This document shows positions 1-9,466 of a stretch of DNA of 64,000 nt, one piece after another (positions within the stretch are counted from its first letter, which is position 1; each line of letters starts with the position of its first letter). Under the pieces are notes generated by a model. The model was given only the letters and a program-made list of their open reading frames with translations. It ran no database searches and was not told the origin of the DNA. The translations under genes and the position numbers were made by a program. The stretch lies in NCBI GenBank assembly GCA_048939245.1, contig JBHLPR010000007.1, positions 74-64,073 of the forward strand, given 5' to 3'. This stretch comes from Promethearchaeota archaeon (GTDB lineage: Archaea > Asgardarchaeota > Hermodarchaeia > Hermodarchaeales > Hermodarchaeaceae).

Positions 1-356
1 TGGAATTTAGTAAAATCATCTTCCCCCTCGAAACCTTGGAGAACCTCCGTGGTAAACTAGAAACTGTGAATTCCCTCCCTGAATCGATTGACATATTCAC
101 CACTATTCGCAATTTAGAGCAGCAATGGCTAGAAAAAATCAAAGAACTCGACGAATGGCACAAGGCCCTTCGCGTATTTCTTGCTGACTTTAATCCCGCT
201 GCGCCGAAAGCTGAACGTAATCGTCAACTCAACGAAATTGAAAAACGAATTCGAGAAACCTATACTCGAGACGATACAGCAAGCTATCTAAATTGGGCTG
301 CTCGCGAACTGGCAGCCGCCATGATCGAACAAAAAGCAAAAGCCAAGAAGAAATAA
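1..356 (+). CDS. C-terminal part of a helical/coiled-coil protein (5' end outside the window); first visible gene of the tubulin-like operon
   Basis: The reading frame is open from nt 3 to the TAA at 354-356, so the TTG at 36 in the ORF track is probably internal. Charged heptad-like sequence (LEQQWLEKIKELDEWHKAL, NEIEKRIRETY) with a Lys-rich tail. The stop is 12 nt before the next ATG. No family recognised. Confidence 0.5.
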   Translation, partial: EFSKIIFPLETLENLRGKLETVNSLPESIDIFTTIRNLEQQWLEKIKELDEWHKALRVFLADFNPAAPKAERNRQLNEIEKRIRETYTRDDTASYLNWAARELAAAMIEQKAKAKKK

Positions 357-368
357 GGTTGAATCAAC

Positions 369-1718
369 ATGGAAACAACAGAAGAAGGACCGCGAGTCGC
401 GGAAGTATTTGCCATCGGAATTGGAGAATGCGGAAGCAACCTCGTTGGTGCTTACCTCAAACAAGCACGAGAAAGCATGCTACCGCCACGAATCCGCGGA
501 TATCTATGTATGAATACTGATCGCTCCGATATCACAAAGCTTCGCCAAAAATATGATATCCCAAAGGAAAATACCCTCCTTTATGGCGCCTCAGACATTG
601 GGTGTGGAGGTAACTTTAGTGATGGCTACGATTATGTCCACAATTTCAAAGATGTCATAATGGGTCAACTAACCCAATTAGGCTTTGAAGGCGTTTCAGG
701 ATTTGTCATCTTCACCTCATCAGGAGGTGGAACCGGCTGTGGAGGCGCGCCCGCATTAATTGAGATTCTAAAAGAGCGATTCCAAGAGGAGGAAGGGCGC
801 CGAATTTTCGTCTATGTATTCACCGTCCTCCCCTTCAAGGATCAAACTTCGGAAGCTCTTAACACAATGTGGTCACTATCAAAACTACTTCGTGGACAAT
901 TAGAAGATCGCGGCGCTGATCTCGTCTGTCTGCTTAGTAATCGGGCAATGCTTCGACGAATTCTTGCCTGGCGAGAAGGGGAAGTAGCTGATTTCTTGCA
1001 AAAACAATTACAGATTGATGTGGCCAAAGTCACCGATGTTGAAGGCATGGTTCCATCGACTGTTGATGGTGCTGACGATGTATCCAAAGCACAAGAATCC
1101 GCGTTCGTTGAGCTCGTAAATCCATTAGCTTTACGGTTTGTGGAGCACATGCTTAGCCCGGGAGTCGTTGAATCTGGTAAAGAGGTCTTCCCCACGACAG
1201 ATATAGCCGATTACGCTAGAAAACTTGATCCAATTGTCGTACCTTGTTTATATACTGATGTAAGTCTAATTCCCTCTGCAGGCAATATCCCTACACAACT
1301 GAAAACAATGGTAAAATATGCCGTCGAACATTGTAGTTTCGCGGAAATTGGATCGGAACCTGGCGCTTCTTCAACCTATTATACTTTCTCAGGAACCCGT
1401 GAATACGCCCGCGCTGAATATGATCCACATATTAAACAAGCACTCCGCCCATACACAGCAAAGGGTGCTGCAATAACCCCTTGTTTTGTCTCATACGAGG
1501 ATGAAAACCACCCATCAGATTTGCTTCTCCTGTTAGGATTACCTCAAATCCCCGAAATCGAAGACTTAGTTAATTCAGCAACTGAACTCGTTGACCTCCA
1601 TTCAGGTCCCTCTCCTCTTCGGAGAGGCTGGTTTAAGAAATCCAAGGGTGTCAGTGAAGAGGTTCTTCGTGCAGCTATCCGTGATGTCGCTGAACTCTTT
1701 AATCTCGAAATGAAGTAA
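369..1718 (+). CDS. Divergent tubulin/FtsZ/CetZ-superfamily GTPase (449 aa)
   Basis: The translation shows the superfamily loops in canonical order: T1 GIGECGSN (nt 417-440), NTD (513-521), T3-like GCGGNFSDG (600-626), T4 signature GGGTGCGGAP (723-752), LPFKDQTSEALN, T6-like SNRAML, T7-like TTDIAD (1194-1211). ATG start with a weak SD-like AAGGTTGA upstream. Confidence 0.8.
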   Translation: METTEEGPRVAEVFAIGIGECGSNLVGAYLKQARESMLPPRIRGYLCMNTDRSDITKLRQKYDIPKENTLLYGASDIGCGGNFSDGYDYVHNFKDVIMGQLTQLGFEGVSGFVIFTSSGGGTGCGGAPALIEILKERFQEEEGRRIFVYVFTVLPFKDQTSEALNTMWSLSKLLRGQLEDRGADLVCLLSNRAMLRRILAWREGEVADFLQKQLQIDVAKVTDVEGMVPSTVDGADDVSKAQESAFVELVNPLALRFVEHMLSPGVVESGKEVFPTTDIADYARKLDPIVVPCLYTDVSLIPSAGNIPTQLKTMVKYAVEHCSFAEIGSEPGASSTYYTFSGTREYARAEYDPHIKQALRPYTAKGAAITPCFVSYEDENHPSDLLLLLGLPQIPEIEDLVNSATELVDLHSGPSPLRRGWFKKSKGVSEEVLRAAIRDVAELFNLEMK

Positions 1719-1727
1719 GGTCCACGT

Positions 1728-2756
1728 TTGTGGAGAGGACAAATATTGATAACAGCAGAAGAATTGCTGGAACGCATCCTCATTCTTACTACAGTAAACT
1801 CCACTCTGATTCATGCACTCATTACTATTGAGGCAGAAGGAAGCCTTAATCCTACACAAATTAAGCAGCTTGCTCATGGTGTTGCAGCCGTCCGTGAGTC
1901 CGTTAAACAAGCTTTAGGTGATTCAAAGAACAATCATACAACCTCTGGCTCCTCGTTTGTAGATGACACCATTAGAGTCATTCTTACTCATCTTGAACGA
2001 ATTGAAACTGCTCTGGACTCGTATGCTGACTCACGAAAAGAAAAAATCTCCAAAGTGGAACTTAAAGAACCCATCCTCGCTACTCAACAATTGATTGCAG
2101 AAGCTAGTGAGGACCTCGCCGGTCTAACAGGAAAACCCTTTCAACGGCGCCTTTCAGTTTATGACCCTGATAAGCTCCTCCCCCCAATTCAGCAACTACT
2201 GGATAAATATTCGAGTCGAAGCCATATTCTTCTACCCAATTATTGGTTTGAAGCTTGTCGAGAATTATTCCGTTATAGCGAACCACGTGAGGTAATCAAA
2301 GAAATCACCCAGATTGCCAGTCAGGTCTTTTACACCCTTATTCGCCGGTTCCTTGCTGAAGCACCCTGTGCCGGGCTTCTTCAGGAAATTGCTCGAAAAG
2401 GTACGATGGGAACTGATCTCACCAGTCGTGAGCGAAACAAAATCGTTGGAACCTGTAGCGAGTTTTATGATCGATTTAATAATGCTCTAAAAGCTAATTC
2501 AGTTAAAGACACACTCGCTGAAGCCAAACGGAACCTCCGCTCTTTCGATTGGGGACCAGCTGATGCGGAGAAACGAGTAGTGGGTGTGATTCATCGCAGT
2601 GCTCGAGAACTCCTGGACAAAGCATCTGATAGTAAAACGCTTTCCGACATGGAACGTATTACCAACGCCTTATTATGTCACTATATTTGTGCGCTAGCGG
2701 CTGATCTCTATGGTTTACCTCGTCTCAGCCAATTATTAACAGATATGAAAGTCTAA
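1728..2756 (+). CDS. Hypothetical all-helical protein (342 aa), third gene of the tubulin-like operon
   Basis: Long ORF starting at TTG 1728, 9 nt after the upstream stop. The first in-frame ATG is about 225 codons in, so a non-ATG coupled start is required. Helix-rich sequence with no recognisable motif. Confidence 0.6.
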   Translation: MWRGQILITAEELLERILILTTVNSTLIHALITIEAEGSLNPTQIKQLAHGVAAVRESVKQALGDSKNNHTTSGSSFVDDTIRVILTHLERIETALDSYADSRKEKISKVELKEPILATQQLIAEASEDLAGLTGKPFQRRLSVYDPDKLLPPIQQLLDKYSSRSHILLPNYWFEACRELFRYSEPREVIKEITQIASQVFYTLIRRFLAEAPCAGLLQEIARKGTMGTDLTSRERNKIVGTCSEFYDRFNNALKANSVKDTLAEAKRNLRSFDWGPADAEKRVVGVIHRSARELLDKASDSKTLSDMERITNALLCHYICALAADLYGLPRLSQLLTDMKV

Positions 2757-3355
2757 GCGGGATAGAGGCGTTTCTTAAGTTTGGCATTCCCAGTCTCTAC
2801 ATCGTAATCAATCAACTCAGCCCGGGAGAGGTCTCCTAAGGCTTTTCTGATTGCAGTCGGTTCGTGTCCGGCAGTTTTGGTTATTTCATCGCGACTCATT
2901 ACCTGCTTTCTTCCATGCAAAATGAACAACGTCTTTGCGTGGGGTTGAGCATAAAACACATCTTCAAGTAACGCAATATACAAGGCTAAAAGTTCCTGTA
3001 CAGGAATTGTGGCTTCCTGCTCGGAAACCAGCTCTTTATAGGTGTCTGACATTTTTTCCAATTGGGTCTTAATGGCGTTCAGCTCCGATTCCAAAGCACG
3101 GTTCTTGACCATCAAGTCGGTTGTCTGCTCAGCCGATTCTTTCAATTCATTTATTGTTCTCTCCAACCGTTCGATAGTAGCTGTTTTATTTTGTAGCTCA
3201 TTGGCTAATTCTTCAATACGGGCTTCAGCGGTTGCGTTCAATTCCTGTTGTTCCAAAAGTTCGTTGTTCATATCTTTGACAATTTTGTTTATTCTTTTCA
3301 CTGCTTTTGACACTTCACCTGGATAATCCTTGTCGGTTGATTTTTTGGTTGCCAA
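2753..3355 (-). CDS. Coiled-coil protein with C-terminal winged-helix (MarR/TrmB-like) DNA-binding domain
   Basis: The N-terminal ~115 residues are heptad-rich (ELLEQQELNATAEARIEELANELQNKTATIERLERTINELKE). The C-terminal ~80 residues (nt ~2756-2998) read like a wHTH (MSRDEITKTAGHEPTAIRKALGDLSRAELIDYD). TTG start. The stop overlaps the stop of the convergent gene by 4 nt. Confidence 0.6.
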   Translation of the reverse strand: MATKKSTDKDYPGEVSKAVKRINKIVKDMNNELLEQQELNATAEARIEELANELQNKTATIERLERTINELKESAEQTTDLMVKNRALESELNAIKTQLEKMSDTYKELVSEQEATIPVQELLALYIALLEDVFYAQPHAKTLFILHGRKQVMSRDEITKTAGHEPTAIRKALGDLSRAELIDYDVETGNAKLKKRLYPA

Positions 3356-3399
3356 TTAATTCACCTTTCAATATCAATGTACAAAGTGTAGGTTAACCT

Positions 3400-4455
3400 C
3401 TATTTATCACTAGGCTCTTTCTCTTCTTCTGGTCTTTTCGCGATACGATTACTAATCCGATTTAATTGAGGAGGCGCGGGTGGAGCCACTATTGATTCTT
3501 TTTTGAAATTAAAAACGGTAATCATCTCATCTTCAAGCTGAACTTTGACTTTCTGACTCCTATCCACTTTTCCAATCTTGGTTGCTTTGAGTCCCTGTTC
3601 TTCAAAAATCGCAATAACTGCGTCTACATTTTTGGGAATGGTAGATACGATAAAACCAGTCGAGATGTACATTTTCAGCCAGGTGCTAAGATCAAGATCA
3701 GTTGGAATAGAAATAGCGGATAAATCGATGGTTGCTCCTTTTTGCGCGTATTCTAGCATCAATAGTGTCGTACCGATGATGCCACCATTACTCAAATCCT
3801 TTGATGCAGAAAGAAGACGTTTATCAGCCAGGATTCGCATCGCTTCATATCGGGCGAGGATCTCCTTTGAGGATTTAAAGGTCGTTGTATCCCATCCAAA
3901 TTCATAATTCGGAGAAATACGTCCTTTCAGGTCAATAGCTAGAATCAGTGCATCGCCCGGTTGAGCTCCTCCTGCACTAATGTAAGACTCCCGCGGAACC
4001 GTTCCACACATTGAAGCACTGACACTGTTAATAGGAGCATGCGGAGTCGTATGTCCACGAACCACCTCAACTCGGAATTTCCGTCCCGCTTCACAAATAC
4101 CCTCCATGAACTTCACACCTGCTTTCATTTTGGTAAAAGCGATGTTAACCATTGCCACAATTGGCCGTCCACCAGCAGCATAAATATCGTTAACGTTAAC
4201 AAGAATTGCCGCATACCCCGCTACATAGGGCTTGTTCTCTGCTAACTCGGGAATAACCGCATCGGTAGAAAGCAAAATGAGCTTGTCACCACCAAGGTCA
4301 ATAGCCGCTGAATCCTCTCCGATGGATGATAACACATGAGGACATTTGAAGCCTTCTTTTTGGAGTATAGTCACCAATTGGCCAATTGGTTGCTTTCGAC
4401 GTAAACCCCAGTAATCCTTGACCCCTGAGACAATAGTGGACAATTTTTTTGGCAT
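3400..4455 (-). CDS. AIR-synthase-related (PurM/ThiL/SelD-like, COG2144-type) protein
   Basis: PurM-superfamily N-domain motif GEDSAAIDLGGDKLILLSTDAV and the C-domain pattern. ATG start. Pro-rich charged C-terminal tail. Confidence 0.7.
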   Translation of the reverse strand: MPKKLSTIVSGVKDYWGLRRKQPIGQLVTILQKEGFKCPHVLSSIGEDSAAIDLGGDKLILLSTDAVIPELAENKPYVAGYAAILVNVNDIYAAGGRPIVAMVNIAFTKMKAGVKFMEGICEAGRKFRVEVVRGHTTPHAPINSVSASMCGTVPRESYISAGGAQPGDALILAIDLKGRISPNYEFGWDTTTFKSSKEILARYEAMRILADKRLLSASKDLSNGGIIGTTLLMLEYAQKGATIDLSAISIPTDLDLSTWLKMYISTGFIVSTIPKNVDAVIAIFEEQGLKATKIGKVDRSQKVKVQLEDEMITVFNFKKESIVAPPAPPQLNRISNRIAKRPEEEKEPSDK

Positions 4456-4576
4456 ATGAATGCAGGCTCCATTGAGAGAATCGAGGTTGTTGGATTCGAT
4501 AAAACTTGTGGTTCATAAATAGTAAGACAAAATCGACTCACGTTTTGGTAGACGGAGACGAAGGGCAAATGTAGAC

Positions 4577-4584
4577 TATATAAA
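4577..4584 (+). promoter_or_regulatory. TATA-box-like element upstream of the LLM oxidoreductase gene
   Basis: TATATAAA lies 46-53 nt upstream of ATG 4630 in a divergent intergenic region. Position only, no experimental support. Confidence 0.3.
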
Positions 4585-4629
4585 CAGCTTCGACTAATCC
4601 CGCTTAGCTTTCTTCATCAGCTAGCAAAA

Positions 4630-5583
4630 ATGGTGGGCAAAATGGATTTTGGTGTACAAATTGAGCCTCAATTCGGATTTACATTCGATCAGGTTAAGAC
4701 TATTACAGAAGTGGCTTTGAAAAATGGGTTTGGTACCATCTGGTTTTCGGATCATTTTCTACTAGATAAGGATGCCACGAATCGGGTGCTCCTCGATCCA
4801 TGGTTGTTGATGGCGGCTCTTACTCAGCAAAACTCACAAGTGCGGGTCGGAAGCATGGTTTTTTGTCAAAGTTACAGAAATCCTGCCTTAGCCGCAAAGA
4901 TGGCCGCTTCATTGGATGTCCTCTCAAACGGACGGTTGGAGTTTGGGATTGGTGCAGGGTGGAAGGAAATCGAATACAAAGCCTATGGGTACCCCTTTCC
5001 CTCTGCGAAAATGCGTATTCGTCAAATGAATGAGGCCATCCAAATTATTCGTGGCATTTGGAATAACGAACGCTTCACCTTCAAAGGCGAATACTACCAG
5101 GTCGATGATGTGATTGCTTTCCCCAAACCCGTTCAGAACCCAATGCCGATTTGGGTGGGTGCTCAAAATGGAAAAGAGCTCATGCTTCGTGCCTCTGCGA
5201 AGTATGGGGATGGTATCAATATCGCATGGATGAGTACCCCTTCTGAGTTAGAACGCAAGTTTTCACGACTAGCTGAATTATGCACGAAATATGGACGGGA
5301 CCCTTCAGAAATCAAAAAATCTTTGGGATTGTGGACACGGATTTTCAGCACAGAAGAAGAAATGAATTTGGCAATCAAAGAAAATGCAAAAACGCGGAAT
5401 ATCCCAACAACTCAGTATCGAGAGAGAGTCAGCAAAGCTCTATGGGGCACTCCAGAATTAATGGTAAATCGTCTACGCCAATTTCAAAAAATAGGCGTTG
5501 ATCATTTCATTTTCATGTTTCCCCACACGCAGGAAGTCGACCAAATAAAGTCCTTAGGAACGTCCGTAATCTCCAAATTATAA
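4630..5583 (+). CDS. Luciferase-like monooxygenase (LLM) class flavin/F420-dependent oxidoreductase
   Basis: Typical LLM TIM-barrel sequence (GFGTIWFSDHF, LDVLSNGRLEFGIGAGW, PIWVGAQ). Confidence 0.8.
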   Translation: MVGKMDFGVQIEPQFGFTFDQVKTITEVALKNGFGTIWFSDHFLLDKDATNRVLLDPWLLMAALTQQNSQVRVGSMVFCQSYRNPALAAKMAASLDVLSNGRLEFGIGAGWKEIEYKAYGYPFPSAKMRIRQMNEAIQIIRGIWNNERFTFKGEYYQVDDVIAFPKPVQNPMPIWVGAQNGKELMLRASAKYGDGINIAWMSTPSELERKFSRLAELCTKYGRDPSEIKKSLGLWTRIFSTEEEMNLAIKENAKTRNIPTTQYRERVSKALWGTPELMVNRLRQFQKIGVDHFIFMFPHTQEVDQIKSLGTSVISKL

Positions 5584-5797
5584 CTACTGACTGAAATCTA
5601 ACTGGCTCATGCAAAGAGGTTGCATGTATAGTCGGCATCGGTTTGCCGCTCATTTTCACACAATAATACATAGCATCACACCTCTATCCTGCAGCAACCG
5701 GTAACTTCTAATGAATAATTTTGCACATGCCTGTCACTTAAAACAAGCAATGGCAATGCTGAACCCTCTCCGCGTAGTGCATTATTCCTGATAGCCA

Positions 5798-6541
5798 ATG
5801 GTGTCAAGATTGGGGTCCAAATCCATCGTCGTTAATTGTGACAACATCTTCAAGACCTATGAAGACGGAGACATTAAAGTCGAAGTTCTCAAGGGTCTTG
5901 ATTTTTCTGTAGAAACAGGTGAATTTGTCGCTATTGTAGGAACAAGTGGAAGTGGAAAGACCACTCTGGTTAATCTTATAGCCCTTTTAGACTCCCCTAC
6001 TGCCGGCGAAATTAGCATCGAAGGACAATCAGTAAATGGTTTGGACGATACAACCCTTTCCCAACTCCGCCGTGATAAAATCGGTATTGTCTTTCAAGGT
6101 TTTTATCTACTAGACATCATGAACGCTCGCGAAAATGTAGAAGTCCCAATGGTGTTTGCAGACATACCGAAAAAAGTGCGAATTGCCCGTGCCCTCGAGC
6201 TTCTCGATTTAGTAGGCATGCGCGATTTCGCAGAACAATATCCAACGGAGATGTCAGGTGGGCAGATGCAACGAATCGTATTCGCACGAGCGATTGCCAA
6301 TGACCCAGTTCTCCTTCTAGCCGACGAACCAACAGGTAACTTGGACACTGCAACTGGATTTGAAATCATTCGACTATTCAAAGAACTAGCTCACAATCGT
6401 CAAAAAGCCGTAGTAGTTGCTACACATGATCCAGAAGTTGCCAGTTCGGCTGATCGAATTCTAGTACTTCGACATGGAAGGCTCCACACTGATACATCAA
6501 TGTACGGACGAGATAGTGATTCAGAGGAGGAGCAATCGTGA
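5798..6541 (+). CDS. ABC transporter ATP-binding protein (MacB/LolD-like), module 1
   Basis: Walker A GTSGSGKTT, Q-loop, signature MSGGQMQR, Walker B LLLADEPTGNLD, H-loop ATHD. Confidence 0.9.
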   Translation: MVSRLGSKSIVVNCDNIFKTYEDGDIKVEVLKGLDFSVETGEFVAIVGTSGSGKTTLVNLIALLDSPTAGEISIEGQSVNGLDDTTLSQLRRDKIGIVFQGFYLLDIMNARENVEVPMVFADIPKKVRIARALELLDLVGMRDFAEQYPTEMSGGQMQRIVFARAIANDPVLLLADEPTGNLDTATGFEIIRLFKELAHNRQKAVVVATHDPEVASSADRILVLRHGRLHTDTSMYGRDSDSEEEQS

Positions 6542-9447
6542 GCTCAAAGTCAACTCCACCTACGATTGCCCCAAACGCTCATGGAAGCCATTGGTATGTA
6601 GCAAGTTATGTTGGAACTAGCGTTCGAAAACACAAAACCCGGTTCTTCAGTTTACTTATCGGAATAATGATTGGAATCGCTTTAGTCGCCTCTGTTTTTG
6701 TGTGGACTGACACTGACCGACGGGTAGCCACCATTGACTATTTTGACGCAAATCTTTACCAATACGGCATTCATCAGGTCTACGAATCTCCTATTGATAC
6801 CCAACTAATCTTTGATGTGGAAAATTGGTTTACGTCCCAACCGGAATATCTGGATTCAGATATCATCTACCATTCAGTAGGCTTCCTCAATGAAACCAAT
6901 TGGAATTCTTCAACTACTTATCTCCCACACCCATATTCTCGAGGAATCAAGGATTTCCAAACCTTTTTTGTTGATAATTCCTTTCTACGACAGGTAGCAA
7001 CCCAGTTCGATTTTGATGGAGTATTTGAATTATCTCCTGGCCAATGTTTAGTGAGTCAACGCGTGGTCGACGACGCTGAACTTATTCTAAATCAGACTAT
7101 CACCATTGGCAATTCCATCAATATCTCAATAGCATCTATGTATCGAGAACCTGTAACCCTTGGCGATCTGTACCCAATTAATAGCACAAATCTACTGGTT
7201 GTCGGTATTTACAATATCACCTATAGTGATACTGTACTTTACACAACGGAAGGAGGAACGTATCGGGCAAACTATCCCGGATCGATTAACGAACAGATTT
7301 TTGGCTGGAATGATGGCATCATTATGCATTACAACCAATTGACTTCAAATCAGCGAGATACACTAACAGCCAATTCTTTATTTCCCAAACTTCTCATCCA
7401 GCTAAATCCTATAGAAGTAGCCGCTGCTGGCTTAGATAGTGTGCCGCAGGTTATTCGGGAAATAAACTTACGATTACAGTTTCAGTTTCCACGAAGAATC
7501 ACAGTAGAAGGAGAACACCAAATTTTTCTTCTTGAACAATATATTGCAGCCAGCCAATCCCGCCAAACAATTGCTGTCTTATCTCTCCCCATCATCCTGC
7601 TTTCAATATTGTTGACTATCTTTGCTACTACAATTTTTCTTAGTGGACGCCGCTCTGAGGTCGCGATTCTTCGCGCGAGGGGGGCTAGTTTTCGCCAACT
7701 CTACGCCGCTTTCACCTTTGAATTCATGCTGATTGGCACAATTGCGCTTTGTTTGGGGGTAGGTCTTAGTCTCATACTTGGTTCTCTAATCCCCGCTTCA
7801 ATAGGCTTCCTACAATTTGATCCTGTCATTTTCTATCGATTTCTAATCCATGTACGGCTTGATCCCCTCATATGGGTAATTTCTCTACTAACTTGTCTAA
7901 TCCCTCCCTTGATTTTCACAATGATAAATGTGCGGACATTTCTACGCACCGAAATTTATGAAGCCATGGTGGGCACAACTCCGGTTGTAGATTCAGATTT
8001 CAGTATCACAATTGTCTATGCTATAGCCACTTTTGCATTACTCGGGTTTCTCCTCGTGGTTGTTCTTTTCATTCCCGTTACTTCCTCCATCGCAATACTT
8101 CTCTTCATCTATGCTGTAATAGTATGGACGCTGTTCAGTGATATTGGATCTCGCATCGTTCGTCAAATTATTGCCGGAATAACCCGTAGCTTTCAACCAC
8201 TTTTTGGAGAGAAGACTTTCATCTTTGAAAAAAGTATGAGAACGCGCCGCCAGCGAATTGTTCCTCTCCTCCTAATACTCACTTTAACCTTCTCAATTAC
8301 CATCTTTGCAGTGGTTGAGGCGCACACTGTTCAGGATAATGTTTACACCCAAGTGAGCTATTTCATGGGTGCAGACTTACGAATCGAAACCGGTTTTATC
8401 CATCACAATCATACCACTGACATCTTATCCATTCCAAATATAGAGTCAGCTACCGCCATTATCTACACGACAGGAACAATTGGCCCTGTTTCCATTACAA
8501 TTTATGGTATCGATGTCGAATCTTATGCAACAACTGGAAATTGGGATCCTTCTAGTACGGTTGGGGAAGTACCATCAATAGTGCTTAACAGACTTCAGAA
8601 TAGTTCAAACGGAATCATCCTTCCTTGGACCGTAGCAGAACAACTCAACAAGGTTGTTGGAAATAATCTTGTCCTCACGCTCCACCAACAAGGCGCTGGG
8701 GTATTGGGGGATGCCTCATTTCGTATTGTAGGTTTGGGACGCAGTGCTCCAGGATTAGGCTATTTTGATCCGAATGATCCAACTCGACCCACCGATTCAA
8801 CAAATGGCTTTCAATTTCAAGCTCCACAAATTTTTGCCTTAATTAACAGTCAATATCTGATAACTCGGAATATGACCAATACACGACTAATGCTAGCCCG
8901 TTTTTCCGAAAATGCATATGTCGAAGAGGTTCAACACCAAGTTTCCAGCCTTAATTTCACTTCAGCTGTCTACTCTCCAATGACCTTCTCTTTAGAGGAC
9001 ACCTACCCTGAAGCCTATCTTTTCAACCGGGGCGTGGTAAGCCTGCTCTCAATTGGCTTCTTCGCATGTGTTATTATCAGCATTATTGCACTGGTTCTCT
9101 TCGTGGGAATCATCGTCACCGAACGTCAAACAGAATATGCTATTATGCGTGCCGTGGGAAGCACCCAACGCCAAATCAGTGCGATAGTCGTAGGCGAATT
9201 CGTGGGTCTAATCCTCACTTCCTTCCTTGTAGCTTTACTGCTTGGATTCTTTTTCTCATGGCTCTTAATGCTCATCCTGCTTGGCTTGTTCCCTTTCCCA
9301 TATGTCATACCCTTCCATCTAAGTGTTCCTCTACTCATGTTACTTGCGGTCCTTGGAGTAGTGCTTATTGGAATAAGTATTGGAACCTATATCCCCGCCC
9401 GCCGGGCTGGGCAAACTAATGTTGGAAAAGTGCTGCGGAATTTATGA
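6538..9447 (+). CDS. Large FtsX/MacB-type ABC permease with two FtsX domains and two extracytoplasmic domains (969 aa), module 1
   Basis: GTG start overlaps the ATPase stop (GTGA). N-terminal TM, then a ~330-aa loop, a TM bundle, a second ~230-aa loop and a C-terminal FtsX-type TM bundle ending in PARRAGQTNVGKVLRNL. Confidence 0.85.
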   Translation: MSSKSTPPTIAPNAHGSHWYVASYVGTSVRKHKTRFFSLLIGIMIGIALVASVFVWTDTDRRVATIDYFDANLYQYGIHQVYESPIDTQLIFDVENWFTSQPEYLDSDIIYHSVGFLNETNWNSSTTYLPHPYSRGIKDFQTFFVDNSFLRQVATQFDFDGVFELSPGQCLVSQRVVDDAELILNQTITIGNSINISIASMYREPVTLGDLYPINSTNLLVVGIYNITYSDTVLYTTEGGTYRANYPGSINEQIFGWNDGIIMHYNQLTSNQRDTLTANSLFPKLLIQLNPIEVAAAGLDSVPQVIREINLRLQFQFPRRITVEGEHQIFLLEQYIAASQSRQTIAVLSLPIILLSILLTIFATTIFLSGRRSEVAILRARGASFRQLYAAFTFEFMLIGTIALCLGVGLSLILGSLIPASIGFLQFDPVIFYRFLIHVRLDPLIWVISLLTCLIPPLIFTMINVRTFLRTEIYEAMVGTTPVVDSDFSITIVYAIATFALLGFLLVVVLFIPVTSSIAILLFIYAVIVWTLFSDIGSRIVRQIIAGITRSFQPLFGEKTFIFEKSMRTRRQRIVPLLLILTLTFSITIFAVVEAHTVQDNVYTQVSYFMGADLRIETGFIHHNHTTDILSIPNIESATAIIYTTGTIGPVSITIYGIDVESYATTGNWDPSSTVGEVPSIVLNRLQNSSNGIILPWTVAEQLNKVVGNNLVLTLHQQGAGVLGDASFRIVGLGRSAPGLGYFDPNDPTRPTDSTNGFQFQAPQIFALINSQYLITRNMTNTRLMLARFSENAYVEEVQHQVSSLNFTSAVYSPMTFSLEDTYPEAYLFNRGVVSLLSIGFFACVIISIIALVLFVGIIVTERQTEYAIMRAVGSTQRQISAIVVGEFVGLILTSFLVALLLGFFFSWLLMLILLGLFPFPYVIPFHLSVPLLMLLAVLGVVLIGISIGTYIPARRAGQTNVGKVLRNL

Positions 9448-9466
9448 TCAAAGAAGTGAAGAAAAA

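Noticed and set aside
369-1718. Calling the tubulin-superfamily gene ftsZ or cetZ
   Set aside because: The T1 loop (GECGSN), the T3 loop, the large insertion and the absence of any division-gene context do not fit canonical FtsZ. Assignment to CetZ cannot be made without phylogeny, so no gene symbol is given.
3400-4455. Annotating the PurM-like protein as methanogenesis marker protein 2
   Set aside because: Only the generic PurM/AIR-synthase-related fold is visible. Nothing else in the window suggests methanogenesis.
9380-9466. Track start of the module-2 ABC ATPase inside the preceding permease
   Set aside because: A 68-nt overlap is unnecessary. ATG 9467 lies just after the permease stop and leaves a normal distance to the Walker A motif.
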